Shown: positions 26,443-37,331, numbered from the stretch's first letter. The stretch: DNA of 64,000 bases from an uncultured bacterium (GCA_964387845.1 CAYLXA010000011.1:1-64000); one strand, 5' to 3'. Translations and numbers: made by a program. The notes: generated by a model not told the origin, from the letters alone.

Positions 26443-27807
26443 ATGCCGTCAAATTCTGACCTCAATCTTGTCGAGAAGATTCCCCCTCAAAATATTGAAG
26501 CTGAAACAAGCGTATTGGGCTCAATGCTGTTTGAGTCTGATGTCATTCCGCTTGCGATCGAACTTCTGAACGAATCATATTTTTATATCGAAGCGCACCG
26601 GAAAATTTTTAACTGCCTGATTTCGCTTTTTGACTTGAACCGGCCGGTCGATATCATCACTGTCACCGAAGAGCTCCGGAAGCGCAAGCAGCTGGAAGAA
26701 ATCGGCGGCGCAAGTTATCTTACACAGCTCACCGCTAATGTACCGACAGCCGCCAATTTTGAGCAACATGCACACATCGTCAAGGAAAAAGCGATTTTGC
26801 GCGATTTGATTCAAACTGCGACACAAATTGTGCAGGATAGTTTCGACGCGGCTGCCGATGTTTCTGACGTGTTAGACCGCTCGGAACAATCTATTTTCAA
26901 GATCAGCCAGCGCCGCGTTGAAGGCAAGTTTTTTGGCATGAAGGAAATTATCAAAAGCAGCATTGAAACCATCGATCAGCTTTATCAGCGCAAAGAGCAT
27001 GTGACCGGCGTTGCGACCGGCTTTCATGAATTTGATATTAAAACTGCAGGGCTTCAGCCCTCGGACTTGATTATTGCCGCAGGCCGTCCGTCAATGGGAA
27101 AATCAGCGTGGGTGACTTGCATCTGCGAACATGTCGGCATCACACTCAAAAAACCGGTTGCATTTTTCTCGCTTGAAATGAGCAAAGAGCAGTTGGTCCA
27201 ACGTATGTTGTGTTCTCATGCGCGTGTTGATGCGCAAAAAGTGAGAACGGGTTATTTGTCGCATTCCGATTGGCCAAAGCTGACGAGCGCGGCCGGAAAA
27301 TTATCGGAAGCGCCGATTTTTATAGATGATACCCCGGGTCTGAGCGCGCTTGAAGTGCGCGCAAAAGCCAGGCGCCTGAAAGCGCAATTCGGAATTGAGA
27401 TGGTTGTGATTGATTATTTGCAGCTCATGCGCGGTAATACGCGTTCTGAAAACCGCCAGCAGGAAATTTCCGAAATTTCGCGCTCACTCAAGGCGCTGGC
27501 GCGTGAATTGCGCGTTCCGGTAATTGCAGTCAGTCAGTTATCGCGCGCGGTTGAGGCGCGTACAGGAAATCGGCCGCAGCTTTCCGACCTCCGCGAATCA
27601 GGCGCAATCGAACAAGATGCCGACGTTGTTGTGTTTCTTTACCGCGAAGAGTATTACCGGCCGACCGAAGATAACCGCAACAAAGCGGAAGCCATTTTGG
27701 CCAAGCAGCGCAATGGCCCCACAGGCACGGTTGATCTCGTTTTCTTGAAGGAATGGACACGTTTTGATAACCCGGAATTTCATCGTGAAGAAGAACCTGT
27801 CGCTTAA
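26443..27807 (+). CDS. dnaB: replicative DNA helicase
   Basis: N-terminal DnaB domain (PPQNIEAETSVLGSML); Walker A (AAGRPSMGKSAW), SQLSRA and arginine-finger motifs. Confidence 0.95.
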   Translation: MPSNSDLNLVEKIPPQNIEAETSVLGSMLFESDVIPLAIELLNESYFYIEAHRKIFNCLISLFDLNRPVDIITVTEELRKRKQLEEIGGASYLTQLTANVPTAANFEQHAHIVKEKAILRDLIQTATQIVQDSFDAAADVSDVLDRSEQSIFKISQRRVEGKFFGMKEIIKSSIETIDQLYQRKEHVTGVATGFHEFDIKTAGLQPSDLIIAAGRPSMGKSAWVTCICEHVGITLKKPVAFFSLEMSKEQLVQRMLCSHARVDAQKVRTGYLSHSDWPKLTSAAGKLSEAPIFIDDTPGLSALEVRAKARRLKAQFGIEMVVIDYLQLMRGNTRSENRQQEISEISRSLKALARELRVPVIAVSQLSRAVEARTGNRPQLSDLRESGAIEQDADVVVFLYREEYYRPTEDNRNKAEAILAKQRNGPTGTVDLVFLKEWTRFDNPEFHREEEPVA

Positions 27808-30139
27808 TTTTTTAGTAGCGGCTTTGCTGCTTTCGTCGATGCTTTGCATACCTGCATATGCAGAAGACCAAAATCCGCCGCCGGCGGATCCTCAAACCGC
27901 TCAACCCGCTCCGCAACCGGCGCAGAATTTGACGGTGCTTTCGGTTAATGTCCGAGGCAATCAGGTTGTGAGCACCAACACGGTCCTCAATAAAATCATC
28001 ACCCGCGAAGGCCAAACGCTTTCACAAGAAGCCATTAATGAAGATATCAAGCGCCTTTATGCAACCGGTTTTTTCCGGGATATCCGGTTTGACGTTGACC
28101 CGCAGCAGAGCGGCGTCAATGTGATCCTGGTTGTGGACGAGAAGCCGGTAGTGAAGAAAATTACGATCCAAGGCGCCAAGGCTTTCAAAGAAGACAAGCT
28201 TCGTAAGGAAATTAATATTCTGGAGGGCCAGATTCTTGATGAAAAATTTGTTGTCGAGGGCGTCCAAAAAATCGAACAAAGGTATTTGAATAAAGGATTT
28301 CGTTTTGCCAAGGTGACTTACGAAATCAATGTAAATGAAGCAAGTAAAGAAGCTATTGTTACCATCCGGATCGACGAAGGGCAAACTTATCTAGTCCGGA
28401 AAGTCAGCTTTTCCGGAAATCAGACCTTTCCAAGCCGGCAGCTTCGTAAAATCATGAGAACCAAAATTCGAAACCTTTGGATGCTCCGCAAAGGCGTATT
28501 TAAAGAAGATGTATTTAACGACGATTTAGACCGGCTCAGCTTGTTTCATCAGGATGAAGGCTTTTTGGATGTCAAAGTAGCGCCCGATTTTGAATATGAT
28601 GAAGGCAAGAACCGGATGCATGTTTCGATTATCATTGAAGAAGGCCCGCGCTACACAACAGGCGACGTAAAGTTTCAAGGCAATAAGCTTTTCGCCGACA
28701 GTGACATCTGGCAGCGCATGACCATGCTTCCGGGCACGGTTTATTCGCAGCGCAATTTGGCAAACGACATAGATTCAATCCGAAAATTCTATTACTCGAA
28801 GGGTTATATGGATGCCCGCGTAATTCCCGAAACCAAACTGAATCGCGGGACAACGAAAGTGGACGCAATCTACACGATCACGGAAGGGGATTTGTATTTT
28901 GTCGATAAAGTCAAAATCCGCGGCAACAACAAAACAAAAGATATTGTGATCCGCCGGGAACTCCGCGTTTATCCGGGCGAACGTTTTGACCTTGAAAAGC
29001 TGGAGAAATCAAAGGAACGCCTCACCAATCTGGGTTATTTTGAGGAAATCACTTACGATACCGAACCAAGCACAACGCCGAACCGTAAAGACATCGTGTT
29101 CCGCGTAAAGGAAAAACAGACGGGCGAACTTTCTTTTGGTGCAGGCTTTAGCTCCGTTGACCAGTTCATAGGATTTGCTGAAATTGCGCAGCGGAATTTC
29201 GATTTGACCAATTGGCCGCGCTTCACGGGCGGCGGACAAAGTGTGTCGCTTCGGGGCCGTTTGGGATCAATCAGCCGCAATGTCGAGTTTAATTTTACCG
29301 AACCTTATCTTTTTAACTCAAAATATTCATTTTCGCTCGATGCGTACAATACGCGGTTTGAGAACCGGAACGTCGACTTTAGCCATGACCGCCTGGGCGC
29401 CGGCGTAACATTTGGCAGGCGGCTGAATGACCGTGTGGCGGTGGGTACCGGATACACGCTTGAAAATGTCGAAGTAGATGACATTGCAGACAGCGCTGCT
29501 CAGATTATTAAAGATTTCGCGGGTGACAATCTTTTGAGCCGTGCACGGGTGTTTGTGACGCGCGATACCCGGAACAACGTCTATAATCCGACCAAAGGCT
29601 CTTTTGCACGTGCCGTTGCGGAATTGGTCGGCACATTTTTAGGCGGTGATCACGACTACTATATATTGCAAGCCGGCGGTACGAAATATTGGACAGTTTT
29701 CAAGAAATCGGTTATCGAGTGGCGCAATCAATTTGCCGCAGCGGGCGGTATTAGTTCCACGGAAGACGTTCCGATTTTTGACCGGTTCTTTGCCGGCGGT
29801 CTTGGCACGATCAGGGGCTACAATTATCGCCGCGTCAGCCCGAAGGAAAATAACCGTCCGATCGGCGGTGAAACGCTGTTTATTACCAGTATCGAATACA
29901 CGTTTCCGATCCCCATTTTGGACAATTTTAAGGGAGCTGTGTTTATAGATGCCGGTCAGGTTTCGAGCGAAAGCTTTGATTTTTTCGGCTCCGATGATTT
30001 TGTAGTTTCAATCGGCCCCGGCGTTAAAATCAATACGCCGATCGGCCCGATTGCTTTCTATTACGGTCTTCCGATTTTAAATCGCGATACGGAAGATGAA
30101 AACGGACGTTTTGAATTTAGTTTAAGCCGCAGTTTCTAA
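27764..30139 (+). CDS. bamA: outer membrane protein assembly factor BamA (POTRA repeats + Omp85 beta-barrel)
   Basis: Signal peptide, multiple POTRA-like segments, C-terminal barrel ending ...FEFSLSRSF. The start is either ATG 27764 or GTG 27785; both overlap the dnaB 3' end. Confidence 0.9.
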   Translation: MITRNFIVKKNLSLNFLVAALLLSSMLCIPAYAEDQNPPPADPQTAQPAPQPAQNLTVLSVNVRGNQVVSTNTVLNKIITREGQTLSQEAINEDIKRLYATGFFRDIRFDVDPQQSGVNVILVVDEKPVVKKITIQGAKAFKEDKLRKEINILEGQILDEKFVVEGVQKIEQRYLNKGFRFAKVTYEINVNEASKEAIVTIRIDEGQTYLVRKVSFSGNQTFPSRQLRKIMRTKIRNLWMLRKGVFKEDVFNDDLDRLSLFHQDEGFLDVKVAPDFEYDEGKNRMHVSIIIEEGPRYTTGDVKFQGNKLFADSDIWQRMTMLPGTVYSQRNLANDIDSIRKFYYSKGYMDARVIPETKLNRGTTKVDAIYTITEGDLYFVDKVKIRGNNKTKDIVIRRELRVYPGERFDLEKLEKSKERLTNLGYFEEITYDTEPSTTPNRKDIVFRVKEKQTGELSFGAGFSSVDQFIGFAEIAQRNFDLTNWPRFTGGGQSVSLRGRLGSISRNVEFNFTEPYLFNSKYSFSLDAYNTRFENRNVDFSHDRLGAGVTFGRRLNDRVAVGTGYTLENVEVDDIADSAAQIIKDFAGDNLLSRARVFVTRDTRNNVYNPTKGSFARAVAELVGTFLGGDHDYYILQAGGTKYWTVFKKSVIEWRNQFAAAGGISSTEDVPIFDRFFAGGLGTIRGYNYRRVSPKENNRPIGGETLFITSIEYTFPIPILDNFKGAVFIDAGQVSSESFDFFGSDDFVVSIGPGVKINTPIGPIAFYYGLPILNRDTEDENGRFEFSLSRSF

Positions 30140-30167
30140 AATAATCACCAGACGAAAGGATGCAGCC

Positions 30168-30689
30168 ATGAAGTTGAATCAAAAATTATTGTCAGTGTTT
30201 TTATTATTCGTGTTTGTTTTTGGATTGGCCAAGGCGGGTTTTTCGGCTGAACAGAAAATCGCTTATATCGATATCGGCAAAGTGTTCGATGAATACGAAA
30301 AAACCAAAAAGTTTGACCAAGAACTTCAGGAAGAAGGGAAAATCAAGCAAAAGGAGCGCGATGAAAAGGTATTGGCGATCCGAAAGCTGAAAGATGAGCA
30401 GGCTATTTTGTCGGATGAAAAGAAGAAAGAAGCCGACGTTAATATTGAAAAGAAACTCAGAGAGCTCGAAGAGTTTGATCAATCAATCGGGCGCGAACTA
30501 AATGCAAGACGCGACAAGGTTGTTAAGGAAATTTTTCAGGATATCGACGGGCTTCTCAAACAATACGGAGAGCGCAAAGGTTATGACTTTATTTATAACG
30601 ACCGCGCACTCGTGTACCGCAATCCGAAATATGATAAGACCGACGAAGTGCTCAAAGAATTGAACGAGTCGTATAAGAAGAAAAAGTAA
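30168..30689 (+). CDS. skp: periplasmic chaperone Skp/OmpH
   Basis: Signal peptide plus a Lys/Glu-rich coiled-coil body; position between bamA and the lpx genes. Confidence 0.85.
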   Translation: MKLNQKLLSVFLLFVFVFGLAKAGFSAEQKIAYIDIGKVFDEYEKTKKFDQELQEEGKIKQKERDEKVLAIRKLKDEQAILSDEKKKEADVNIEKKLRELEEFDQSIGRELNARRDKVVKEIFQDIDGLLKQYGERKGYDFIYNDRALVYRNPKYDKTDEVLKELNESYKKKK

Positions 30690-32050
30690 TGAGTGAACAC
30701 CAGAAGACCATTCGCAAGCCGATTTCCTTAGAAGGTAAAGGGATTCACTCCGGGAAATTAGTCCATATTTCGCTGAAACCGGCGCCCGCCAAAAGCGGTA
30801 TCCGTTTTACGCGGACGGATATTGACCGCTCCGAACAGGTTGCCGCATCGGTGGAAAATGTTCATCAAGATCACGGCCGTCAGACGTCAATCGGCACAAA
30901 GCGATGGAAAATCCTGACAATCGAGCATCTGATGGCGACGCTGCACGGTTTACAGGTCGATAACTTATTAATAGAAGTCGACAGCGAGGAATTGCCGGCA
31001 TTGGATGGAAGCTCCAAGCTTTATGCCGATGAGATATTGAAGGCCGGCCTCGAAGAGCAGGATGCCGTTCGCGAATATCTGAACCTTACGATCCCGATAT
31101 TTATTCAGGGGAAAGACTACTCGCTTGCGCTTTTTCCGGCTTCTGAGTTATCAATTTCTTACACGCTCAGCTACGGTCATTCCGATTTGAGCGAACAATT
31201 TTACACAACCCTCATCACACCCGAGATTTTCCAGAAAGAAATCGCGCCGGCGCGCACGTTTTGCCTCAAGGAAGAAGCTGAAATGCTCCGCAAAAGCGGT
31301 TATGGAAAAGGTGCCGACTTTGACAACACGCTTGTTTTCGAGAACAATAAACCGATGAATAACCAGCTTCGGTTTCCAAACGAAGCGTGCCGTCACAAAA
31401 TTTTAGATTTGCTGGGTGATTTATATTTGGTCGGGCAGCCGTTTAAAGCGCATGTGATCGCTTGCCGCACCGGCCATGCACAGAATTACGAATTAGTCCA
31501 AAAGCTTTATGATTTACGCCTGACGGCTGCGAGGTCTGTGCCCGCTGCTTGCAATCAGCCGATTTCGGAAAGCGGCAAATGCGGCCAGGCCATGATTAAA
31601 AAGATCCTCCCGCATCGCGATCCATTTTTGTTTATCGATCAGATTCTCGAAATGGAACCCGGAAAGCGGATTGTCGGCATCAAGAAAGTGAAGCCCACCG
31701 AATTTTTCTTTCAAGGGCATTTTCCGGGCCATCCCGTAATGCCCGGCGTGTTGATTATTGAAGCGCTTGCACAGTGCGGCGGATTTTTGATGTTGTCGAA
31801 GCCGGAAAATCTCGGAAAAATTGCATACTTTATGACTATCGAAAAAGCAAAATTCAGAAAACCCGTGTTTCCCGGCGAGGAGCTTCGGTTAGAAGCGGAA
31901 GTGATCCGCGACCGTATCCGCACCGGCGAATGTTCGGGCAGGGCCTATGTCGGCGAGAATTTGGTCTGCGAAGCCAGCGTGCGCTTTGCGGTTGTGGAAG
32001 CAAACACCAACGGGAGCCCTGAATCCGAGCCGAGCATTAAAGGTGATTGA
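30689..32050 (+). CDS. lpxC-fabZ: bifunctional UDP-3-O-acyl-GlcNAc deacetylase / 3-hydroxyacyl-ACP dehydratase (LpxC-FabZ fusion)
   Basis: N-terminal LpxC (KTIRKPISLEGKGIHSG..., HxxxD zinc site) fused to C-terminal FabZ hot-dog (ILPHRDPFLFIDQI...GHFPGHPVMPGVLIIEA). Confidence 0.9.
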   Translation: MSEHQKTIRKPISLEGKGIHSGKLVHISLKPAPAKSGIRFTRTDIDRSEQVAASVENVHQDHGRQTSIGTKRWKILTIEHLMATLHGLQVDNLLIEVDSEELPALDGSSKLYADEILKAGLEEQDAVREYLNLTIPIFIQGKDYSLALFPASELSISYTLSYGHSDLSEQFYTTLITPEIFQKEIAPARTFCLKEEAEMLRKSGYGKGADFDNTLVFENNKPMNNQLRFPNEACRHKILDLLGDLYLVGQPFKAHVIACRTGHAQNYELVQKLYDLRLTAARSVPAACNQPISESGKCGQAMIKKILPHRDPFLFIDQILEMEPGKRIVGIKKVKPTEFFFQGHFPGHPVMPGVLIIEALAQCGGFLMLSKPENLGKIAYFMTIEKAKFRKPVFPGEELRLEAEVIRDRIRTGECSGRAYVGENLVCEASVRFAVVEANTNGSPESEPSIKGD

Positions 32051-32059
32051 TAGCCAATT

Positions 32060-32851
32060 ATGGAAATCATGACAAACAAAACCAGCATTCATCCGACAGC
32101 CATTGTTCACCCTGGCGCCAAGTTGGGCGCCGGAGTTGAAGTGGGGCCGTATTCCATTATTGAAGGCACGGTCCAAATTGGCGACGGAACCAAAATCGAC
32201 TCGCACGTGGTGATCAAAGGCCACACGACAATCGGCCGTGAAAATGAAATTTTTACTGGCGCTGTTGTCGGAAGTTTAACACAGGATAAAAAATACAAAG
32301 GCGGCGTCACTTATCTAAAGATTGGCGACCGGAATAAAATCCGCGAGTATGTCACAATCAATCCCGGCACGGGCGACGGAACGGAAACTGTTATCGGTAA
32401 CGATAATTTAATCATGGCTTACGCACACATTGCGCATGATTGCATTTTAGGCAGTAACATTACACTCGCAAATAATGGCACGCTTGCAGGTCACGTGATT
32501 GTTGAAGACCGTGCCATTATTGGCGGCTTAAGCGCGGTACACCAATTTGTTCGCATTGGATATTTGTGCATTGTCGGCGGTTGTTCGAAAGTCGTGCAGG
32601 ACATTCCGCCTTTTATGATGGTGGATGGCCATCCGGCCGAAGCATACGGACTTAATTCCGTCGGCCTGGAACGTGCAAAGGTTTCGAAATCAGACCGGTC
32701 TAATTTAAAGAAAGCTTTCAAAATTCTTTTTCGTTCTAAATTGACACTTCCTTCTGCGCGCGAGCGCATCAAAAAAGAAGTTCCGAAGTGCCCATCCATT
32801 GATACTCTCCTGGAATTTCTTTCCAAGTCAGAACGCGGTATTTGTAACTAA
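32060..32851 (+). CDS. lpxA: acyl-ACP--UDP-N-acetylglucosamine O-acyltransferase
   Basis: IHPTAIVHPGAKLG hexapeptide beta-helix plus LpxA C-terminal helical domain. Confidence 0.9.
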   Translation: MEIMTNKTSIHPTAIVHPGAKLGAGVEVGPYSIIEGTVQIGDGTKIDSHVVIKGHTTIGRENEIFTGAVVGSLTQDKKYKGGVTYLKIGDRNKIREYVTINPGTGDGTETVIGNDNLIMAYAHIAHDCILGSNITLANNGTLAGHVIVEDRAIIGGLSAVHQFVRIGYLCIVGGCSKVVQDIPPFMMVDGHPAEAYGLNSVGLERAKVSKSDRSNLKKAFKILFRSKLTLPSARERIKKEVPKCPSIDTLLEFLSKSERGICN

Positions 32852-32968
32852 TTCATTTTAAATCACTTACGCTAATTCCGATAGAAACTTTGAAATAGTT
32901 GTATACATTTTTGTAACAGTCATATACCATACCGCTCTTAACAATTTTGTAATATAGAGAAAAATCAA

Positions 32969-33772
32969 ATGGCAAAAATTGGGCTCATAGCAGGAAACGG
33001 AAAACTGCCGATCGCAATTGCTCGGGAAGCAAAGTCATCGGGTTTTGAAGTGCATGTGTGCGCGATTAAAGGCGAAGCGCTTCAGGATTTAGAAAAAATA
33101 GCGGACTCTATTGAATGGGTAAAGCTCGGCCAACTCGGAAAACTCATTCATTATTTTCACGCTCAAGATGTTCGTGACGCTGTAATGGCGGGCAAGATTA
33201 CGAAAACCAATATTATGAAAGGCGACATCATTCCGGACGTTGAAATGGTGAAGATGGTTGCCGGAATCAAAGACCGGAAAGACGATACGCTGCTTGGCGC
33301 TGTCGCCGATTATTTGGGCCGGAAAGATATCCGAATTTTAAGTTCCGTAAAATTTCTTGAAGATTCGCTACCGAAAACCGGTGTTCTGAGCAAGCGCAAG
33401 CCCAAAAAAAGCGACGAAGAGGAAATTGATTTTGCGTGGCAATTGGCCAAACAAATCGCCGGGTTTGATATCGGCCAGACGGTTGTTACCAAAAACAAAG
33501 CCGTCCTTGCCGTTGAAGCGATCGAGGGAACTGACGAAGCCATTTTACGCGGCGGAGAATTGGGCGGCGGCAGCGTCGTGGTTGCGAAAGTCGCCAAACC
33601 GAATCAAGACATGCGGTTTGATGTTCCGACAATCGGGCTTCAAACTTTGGATGCCATGGTGCGTGCCAAGGTCGATATTCTCGCAATCGAAGCGGGGAAA
33701 ACGATCCTGCTTGAAAAGGACGAATTTTTGAAGAAAGCGGATCAGTATCACATGCTGGTCGTCGCGAGGTAA
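32969..33772 (+). CDS. lpxI: UDP-2,3-diacylglucosamine hydrolase LpxI (DUF1009 family)
   Basis: MAKIGLIAGNGKLP... N-terminus and ~270-aa size are typical of LpxI; lipid A gene neighbourhood. Confidence 0.7.
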   Translation: MAKIGLIAGNGKLPIAIAREAKSSGFEVHVCAIKGEALQDLEKIADSIEWVKLGQLGKLIHYFHAQDVRDAVMAGKITKTNIMKGDIIPDVEMVKMVAGIKDRKDDTLLGAVADYLGRKDIRILSSVKFLEDSLPKTGVLSKRKPKKSDEEEIDFAWQLAKQIAGFDIGQTVVTKNKAVLAVEAIEGTDEAILRGGELGGGSVVVAKVAKPNQDMRFDVPTIGLQTLDAMVRAKVDILAIEAGKTILLEKDEFLKKADQYHMLVVAR

Positions 33773-33778
33773 AAGAAG

Positions 33779-35335
33779 ATGAAAAAAGACGATTTAAGCG
33801 GGTTAAAGCGCGAGGTTAAGGAATTAACAGCGCTCAACGAAATTTCGAAAGCCATTTCGTCTTCCCTCAATTTAGAAGAAGTGGTCCAGAAAATGATGGA
33901 CGTGCTCCATCAGCATTTGGGCATGGAGCGGGGCACGCTGACGCTTCTTGACCCCAACACACAAGAGCTGACAATCGAAGTTGCGCGCGGCCTTGACCGG
34001 CATGCCATTGAGCGGGGAAAATACAAGCTCGGCGAAGGCATTACCGGAAAAGTGGTGCAATCCGGCAAGCCGATCGTGGTTCCCAATATCGGTGAAGAGC
34101 CGCTTTTTCTTGACCGTACAAAATCACGAGGTGATTTAAAAAAGGCTAACATTGCTTTTATTTGTATTCCCATCCGTCTCGGCCAGCGAGTTGTCGGAGC
34201 GCTGAGTGTCGACCGCTTGTTCCAGGAAGACATTTCATTTGAAGAGGATTTGCGCCTTCTCAACATTATTGGTTCGATGGTGGCGCAAGCCGTCCGAGTC
34301 CACGAACTCGTCGAAGAAGAAAAGCGGTCACTTACCATTGAAAATCAACAGCTTCGTACGGAACTCAAGAAAAAATTCAGGCCGGATAACATCATCGGCG
34401 ACAGCAAGCGGATGAGTGATGTTTATTCGGCGATCCAGCTTGTCTGTAAAACCAAAGCCACGGTTTTAATCCGCGGCGAAAGCGGTACCGGAAAAGAACT
34501 TGTGGCGCATGCGATTCATTATCAAAGCGACCGTGCGAACAAACCGTTTATCAAAGTATCCTGCGCTGCACTTCCCGAAACCCTGCTTGAGAGCGAGCTC
34601 TTCGGCCATGAAAAAGGGGCATTTACTGGCGCCAATGCCATGAAAATGGGCCGGTTTGAACTCGCCAATGAAGGAACGATTTTCTTGGACGAAGTCGGTG
34701 AAATGAGCCGCGCGACGCAGGCGAAGCTGTTGCGCGTTCTTCAGGAACGAGAATTTGAACGCGTCGGCGGCGTCGAAACAATCCGCATCAATGTGCGTTT
34801 GATTACGGCTACGAACCGTGATCTTGAAAAAGAAGTCAGGGAAGGGCGTTTCCGGGAAGATCTTTATTACCGTTTGAATGTGGTTCCGATCTTTATGCCG
34901 CCGCTTCGGGAGCGGAAGGAGGATTTAACCCTGCTTGTGAAATATTTTCTCGAGAAGTTTAATAAAGAAAATAATAAACAAGTGAAGCATTTAAGCGAAG
35001 ACGCTTGGGATCATGTGATGGGTTATTCGTGGCCGGGCAATGTCCGGGAGCTTGAGAACGCAATCGAGCGCGCGATGATCATGTGCCAAACTGATACGAT
35101 TTCACGTGAACATTTTCCGATTGATTTACAAGCACGCATTTCACCTATTCAGGAAATCATCAATAGCACCAATGCGGATTCTGGGCCTGATTTACTGAAA
35201 GCGGTCGAAGCGCTTGAAAAGCGCATGATTATGGATGCGCTCCAAAAAACTGCGGGCAATAAGCGCAAAGCGGCGCAGACGCTGGGGATCACAGAACGAA
35301 TTCTGGGCTATAAGGTTAAAAATTATAATTTGTAA
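33779..35335 (+). CDS. sigma-54-dependent transcriptional activator with N-terminal GAF domain (NifA/NtrC-like) and C-terminal Fis-type HTH
   Basis: AAA+ sigma54-interaction motifs [33 protein letters not shown]; C-terminal HTH ([19 protein letters not shown]). Confidence 0.9.
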   Translation: MKKDDLSGLKREVKELTALNEISKAISSSLNLEEVVQKMMDVLHQHLGMERGTLTLLDPNTQELTIEVARGLDRHAIERGKYKLGEGITGKVVQSGKPIVVPNIGEEPLFLDRTKSRGDLKKANIAFICIPIRLGQRVVGALSVDRLFQEDISFEEDLRLLNIIGSMVAQAVRVHELVEEEKRSLTIENQQLRTELKKKFRPDNIIGDSKRMSDVYSAIQLVCKTKATVLIRGESGTGKELVAHAIHYQSDRANKPFIKVSCAALPETLLESELFGHEKGAFTGANAMKMGRFELANEGTIFLDEVGEMSRATQAKLLRVLQEREFERVGGVETIRINVRLITATNRDLEKEVREGRFREDLYYRLNVVPIFMPPLRERKEDLTLLVKYFLEKFNKENNKQVKHLSEDAWDHVMGYSWPGNVRELENAIERAMIMCQTDTISREHFPIDLQARISPIQEIINSTNADSGPDLLKAVEALEKRMIMDALQKTAGNKRKAAQTLGITERILGYKVKNYNL

Positions 35336-35452
35336 GAATCGCCCTTTTTTATCTGAAATTCTTCCTTTTATTTCCCCCTTGCTTGCAAAAGGCGTTGCAG
35401 TACAATAAGTCCTTCATGTTTAATAGCCCTTCTAAATTCTAATACGAGCTTA

Positions 35453-37183
35453 TTGATGCAAACACTCATTAAACGTGTTGACCGCCCCAGAGAATTAAGC
35501 TGGTTTCAGGCCGGCGCCATGCTGTACGGTGACTGGGGGACGAGCAAAGCCTACGTGCTCGGTATCGCATTTGCGCTTTCAGGCCACGCATCCTGGTTCT
35601 TTCTCGGGTTGATGTCCGGGCTTACGGCTTTGGTGGGCGTTTGTTATATCATCATCTGCCGTATTTATCCGGACGGCGGCGGCGTTTATTCTTCCGTCAA
35701 ACATCGCTCTAAGAATTTGGCCGTGGTCGGCGCTCTTCTATTGGTGGCTGATTATGTGATTACGGCTTCACTGAGCGCGCTTGAAGCGTTTCACTATTTC
35801 AATGTACCGCACCCGGAAATTTGGGCAATTTGCGTCATTATTTGTATCGGAATTGTGAATTGGGTCGGTCCGACAAAAAGCGGAAGCGTTGCGGTCTTTA
35901 TTGGCCTTACCGCATCAATAACCGCCGGCGTTTTGTTTTTCTGTACACTTCCTTCTTTGCCGCACGTTGAGTTAAGTTGGCCGCAGGGTGATTGGTTTCA
36001 AAATTGGGCGAATTTTACGGGAATCGTTTTAGCGTTATCCGGAGTTGAAGCCGTCGCTAATATGACGGGCATCATGAAAAATCCGGTTGATCAAACAGCC
36101 AAAAAGGCCATTTGGCCGGTCTTGTTAGAAGTATCGGTATTAACTTTTTTGCTCGGTGTTGCCATGAATGCAATACCGGGACTGACGGGCCACACCGAAG
36201 ATATGTTGAGAGCGCTCGGCAGTCACTTTGTGGGTCCCTGGTATGGCCAATTGATTTCCATCGTTTTCGGATTTTTGCTGCTGTCAGCAACCAATACGGC
36301 AATCGGAAGTTTGGCAAGCCTTCAATTTTCGCTCGCTAAAGACGGGGAGCTGCCGCATGTTTTTGCAAAACTAAACCGTTTCGGCATGCCGTTTGTAGGG
36401 TTGATGGTTGCAACCGCACTTCCTGTTTTGATCCTTATCTTAGAGCATGATGTTCTGCATTTGGCCGCGCTTTACGCGATCGGTGTTGTGGGCGCGATTA
36501 CGCTCAATATCGGTGCTTGTGCGACCAATTTTCAAATTCAAATCGGCAAGAAAGAAAGATTATTATTAACGATTGCTGCCATTATTCTTTTGTTGATTGA
36601 GCTGACTATTGCTTATCAAAAACACCACGCCCTCATCTATGTTTTGAGCGTGATTGGTATCGGTTTATCTCTCCGATATCTTGCAAAACTGGTCTTGCCG
36701 GCTCCTGTGGTTGAGCAGATTCCCGAAGTTAATGTGTTAACCGTTGCCGAGGCAAAGGAAATTGCGCCGCTTTATAAAAGTTCATCGCTCGTAGCGCTTA
36801 AATCCTTAAATCCATTATTGCTCGAAGAGGCTGCCTTAAGACTGAAAGCGCGGAAAGAAAATTCTATCTATTTAACCTACGTTGAAGAAAGTCCCGCAGG
36901 CCGTGAACTGCCGACGGAACTTGCACCTTCGATTGAATCGATGGCACTTTTGGAGCAAGCGCAGAAGGCTTTGGAAGAGCGCGGCATTACCGCAGTTCCG
37001 ATTTGGCGGTTCGGTGAAGACCCGGGTAAATTAATTGCCGATGCCGCGCGCGAGTTGAATGTCAATACGGTTATGATCGGCGCAACCCGTAGGAGCGCTC
37101 TCATTAGTCTGTTAAGAGGCGATGTGCTTCGAACTCTTGCCAAACATCTTCCCACAGGTTGTCATCTCCTCATTAGCGGATAA
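35453..37183 (+). CDS. APC-family permease fused to a C-terminal universal stress protein (UspA) domain
   Basis: About 12 TM segments with an APC-like N-terminus, then a C-terminal ~140-aa Usp-like alpha/beta domain (…NVNTVMIGATRRSALISLLRGDVLRTLAKHLP). Confidence 0.7.
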   Translation: MMQTLIKRVDRPRELSWFQAGAMLYGDWGTSKAYVLGIAFALSGHASWFFLGLMSGLTALVGVCYIIICRIYPDGGGVYSSVKHRSKNLAVVGALLLVADYVITASLSALEAFHYFNVPHPEIWAICVIICIGIVNWVGPTKSGSVAVFIGLTASITAGVLFFCTLPSLPHVELSWPQGDWFQNWANFTGIVLALSGVEAVANMTGIMKNPVDQTAKKAIWPVLLEVSVLTFLLGVAMNAIPGLTGHTEDMLRALGSHFVGPWYGQLISIVFGFLLLSATNTAIGSLASLQFSLAKDGELPHVFAKLNRFGMPFVGLMVATALPVLILILEHDVLHLAALYAIGVVGAITLNIGACATNFQIQIGKKERLLLTIAAIILLLIELTIAYQKHHALIYVLSVIGIGLSLRYLAKLVLPAPVVEQIPEVNVLTVAEAKEIAPLYKSSSLVALKSLNPLLLEEAALRLKARKENSIYLTYVEESPAGRELPTELAPSIESMALLEQAQKALEERGITAVPIWRFGEDPGKLIADAARELNVNTVMIGATRRSALISLLRGDVLRTLAKHLPTGCHLLISG

Positions 37184-37314
37184 AAATTCTTCCGGCACAT
37201 TTTTGTGAAAAACCGACAAAAATGTAGTTTTGAGGCTGTTTCTAGCCTGACTTTTTAGGGCCTGTCAGTTTTATTACCTCTAATATCCCGTCTTTTATTT
37301 TGAGAGCAAGCGGA

Positions 37315-37331
37315 TTGGCATGACGCTTGCT
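37315..37331 (+). promoter_or_regulatory. sigma-54 (-24/-12) promoter TGGCAT-N6-TTGCT upstream of amt-glnK; flanking direct repeats agagcaagcg (37302-37311, 37372-37381) are candidate activator sites
   Basis: Sequence tTGGCAtgacgcTTGCt gives GG-N10-GC with correct spacing, ~95 nt upstream of the amt ATG. A sigma-54 activator gene lies two genes upstream. Confidence 0.5.

Noticed and set aside
35336-35452. Second sigma-54 promoter upstream of the APC/Usp permease (cttgcttgcaaaaggcgttgcag)
   Set aside because: It contains TTGCA elements but lacks the GG dinucleotide at -24 with correct spacing.
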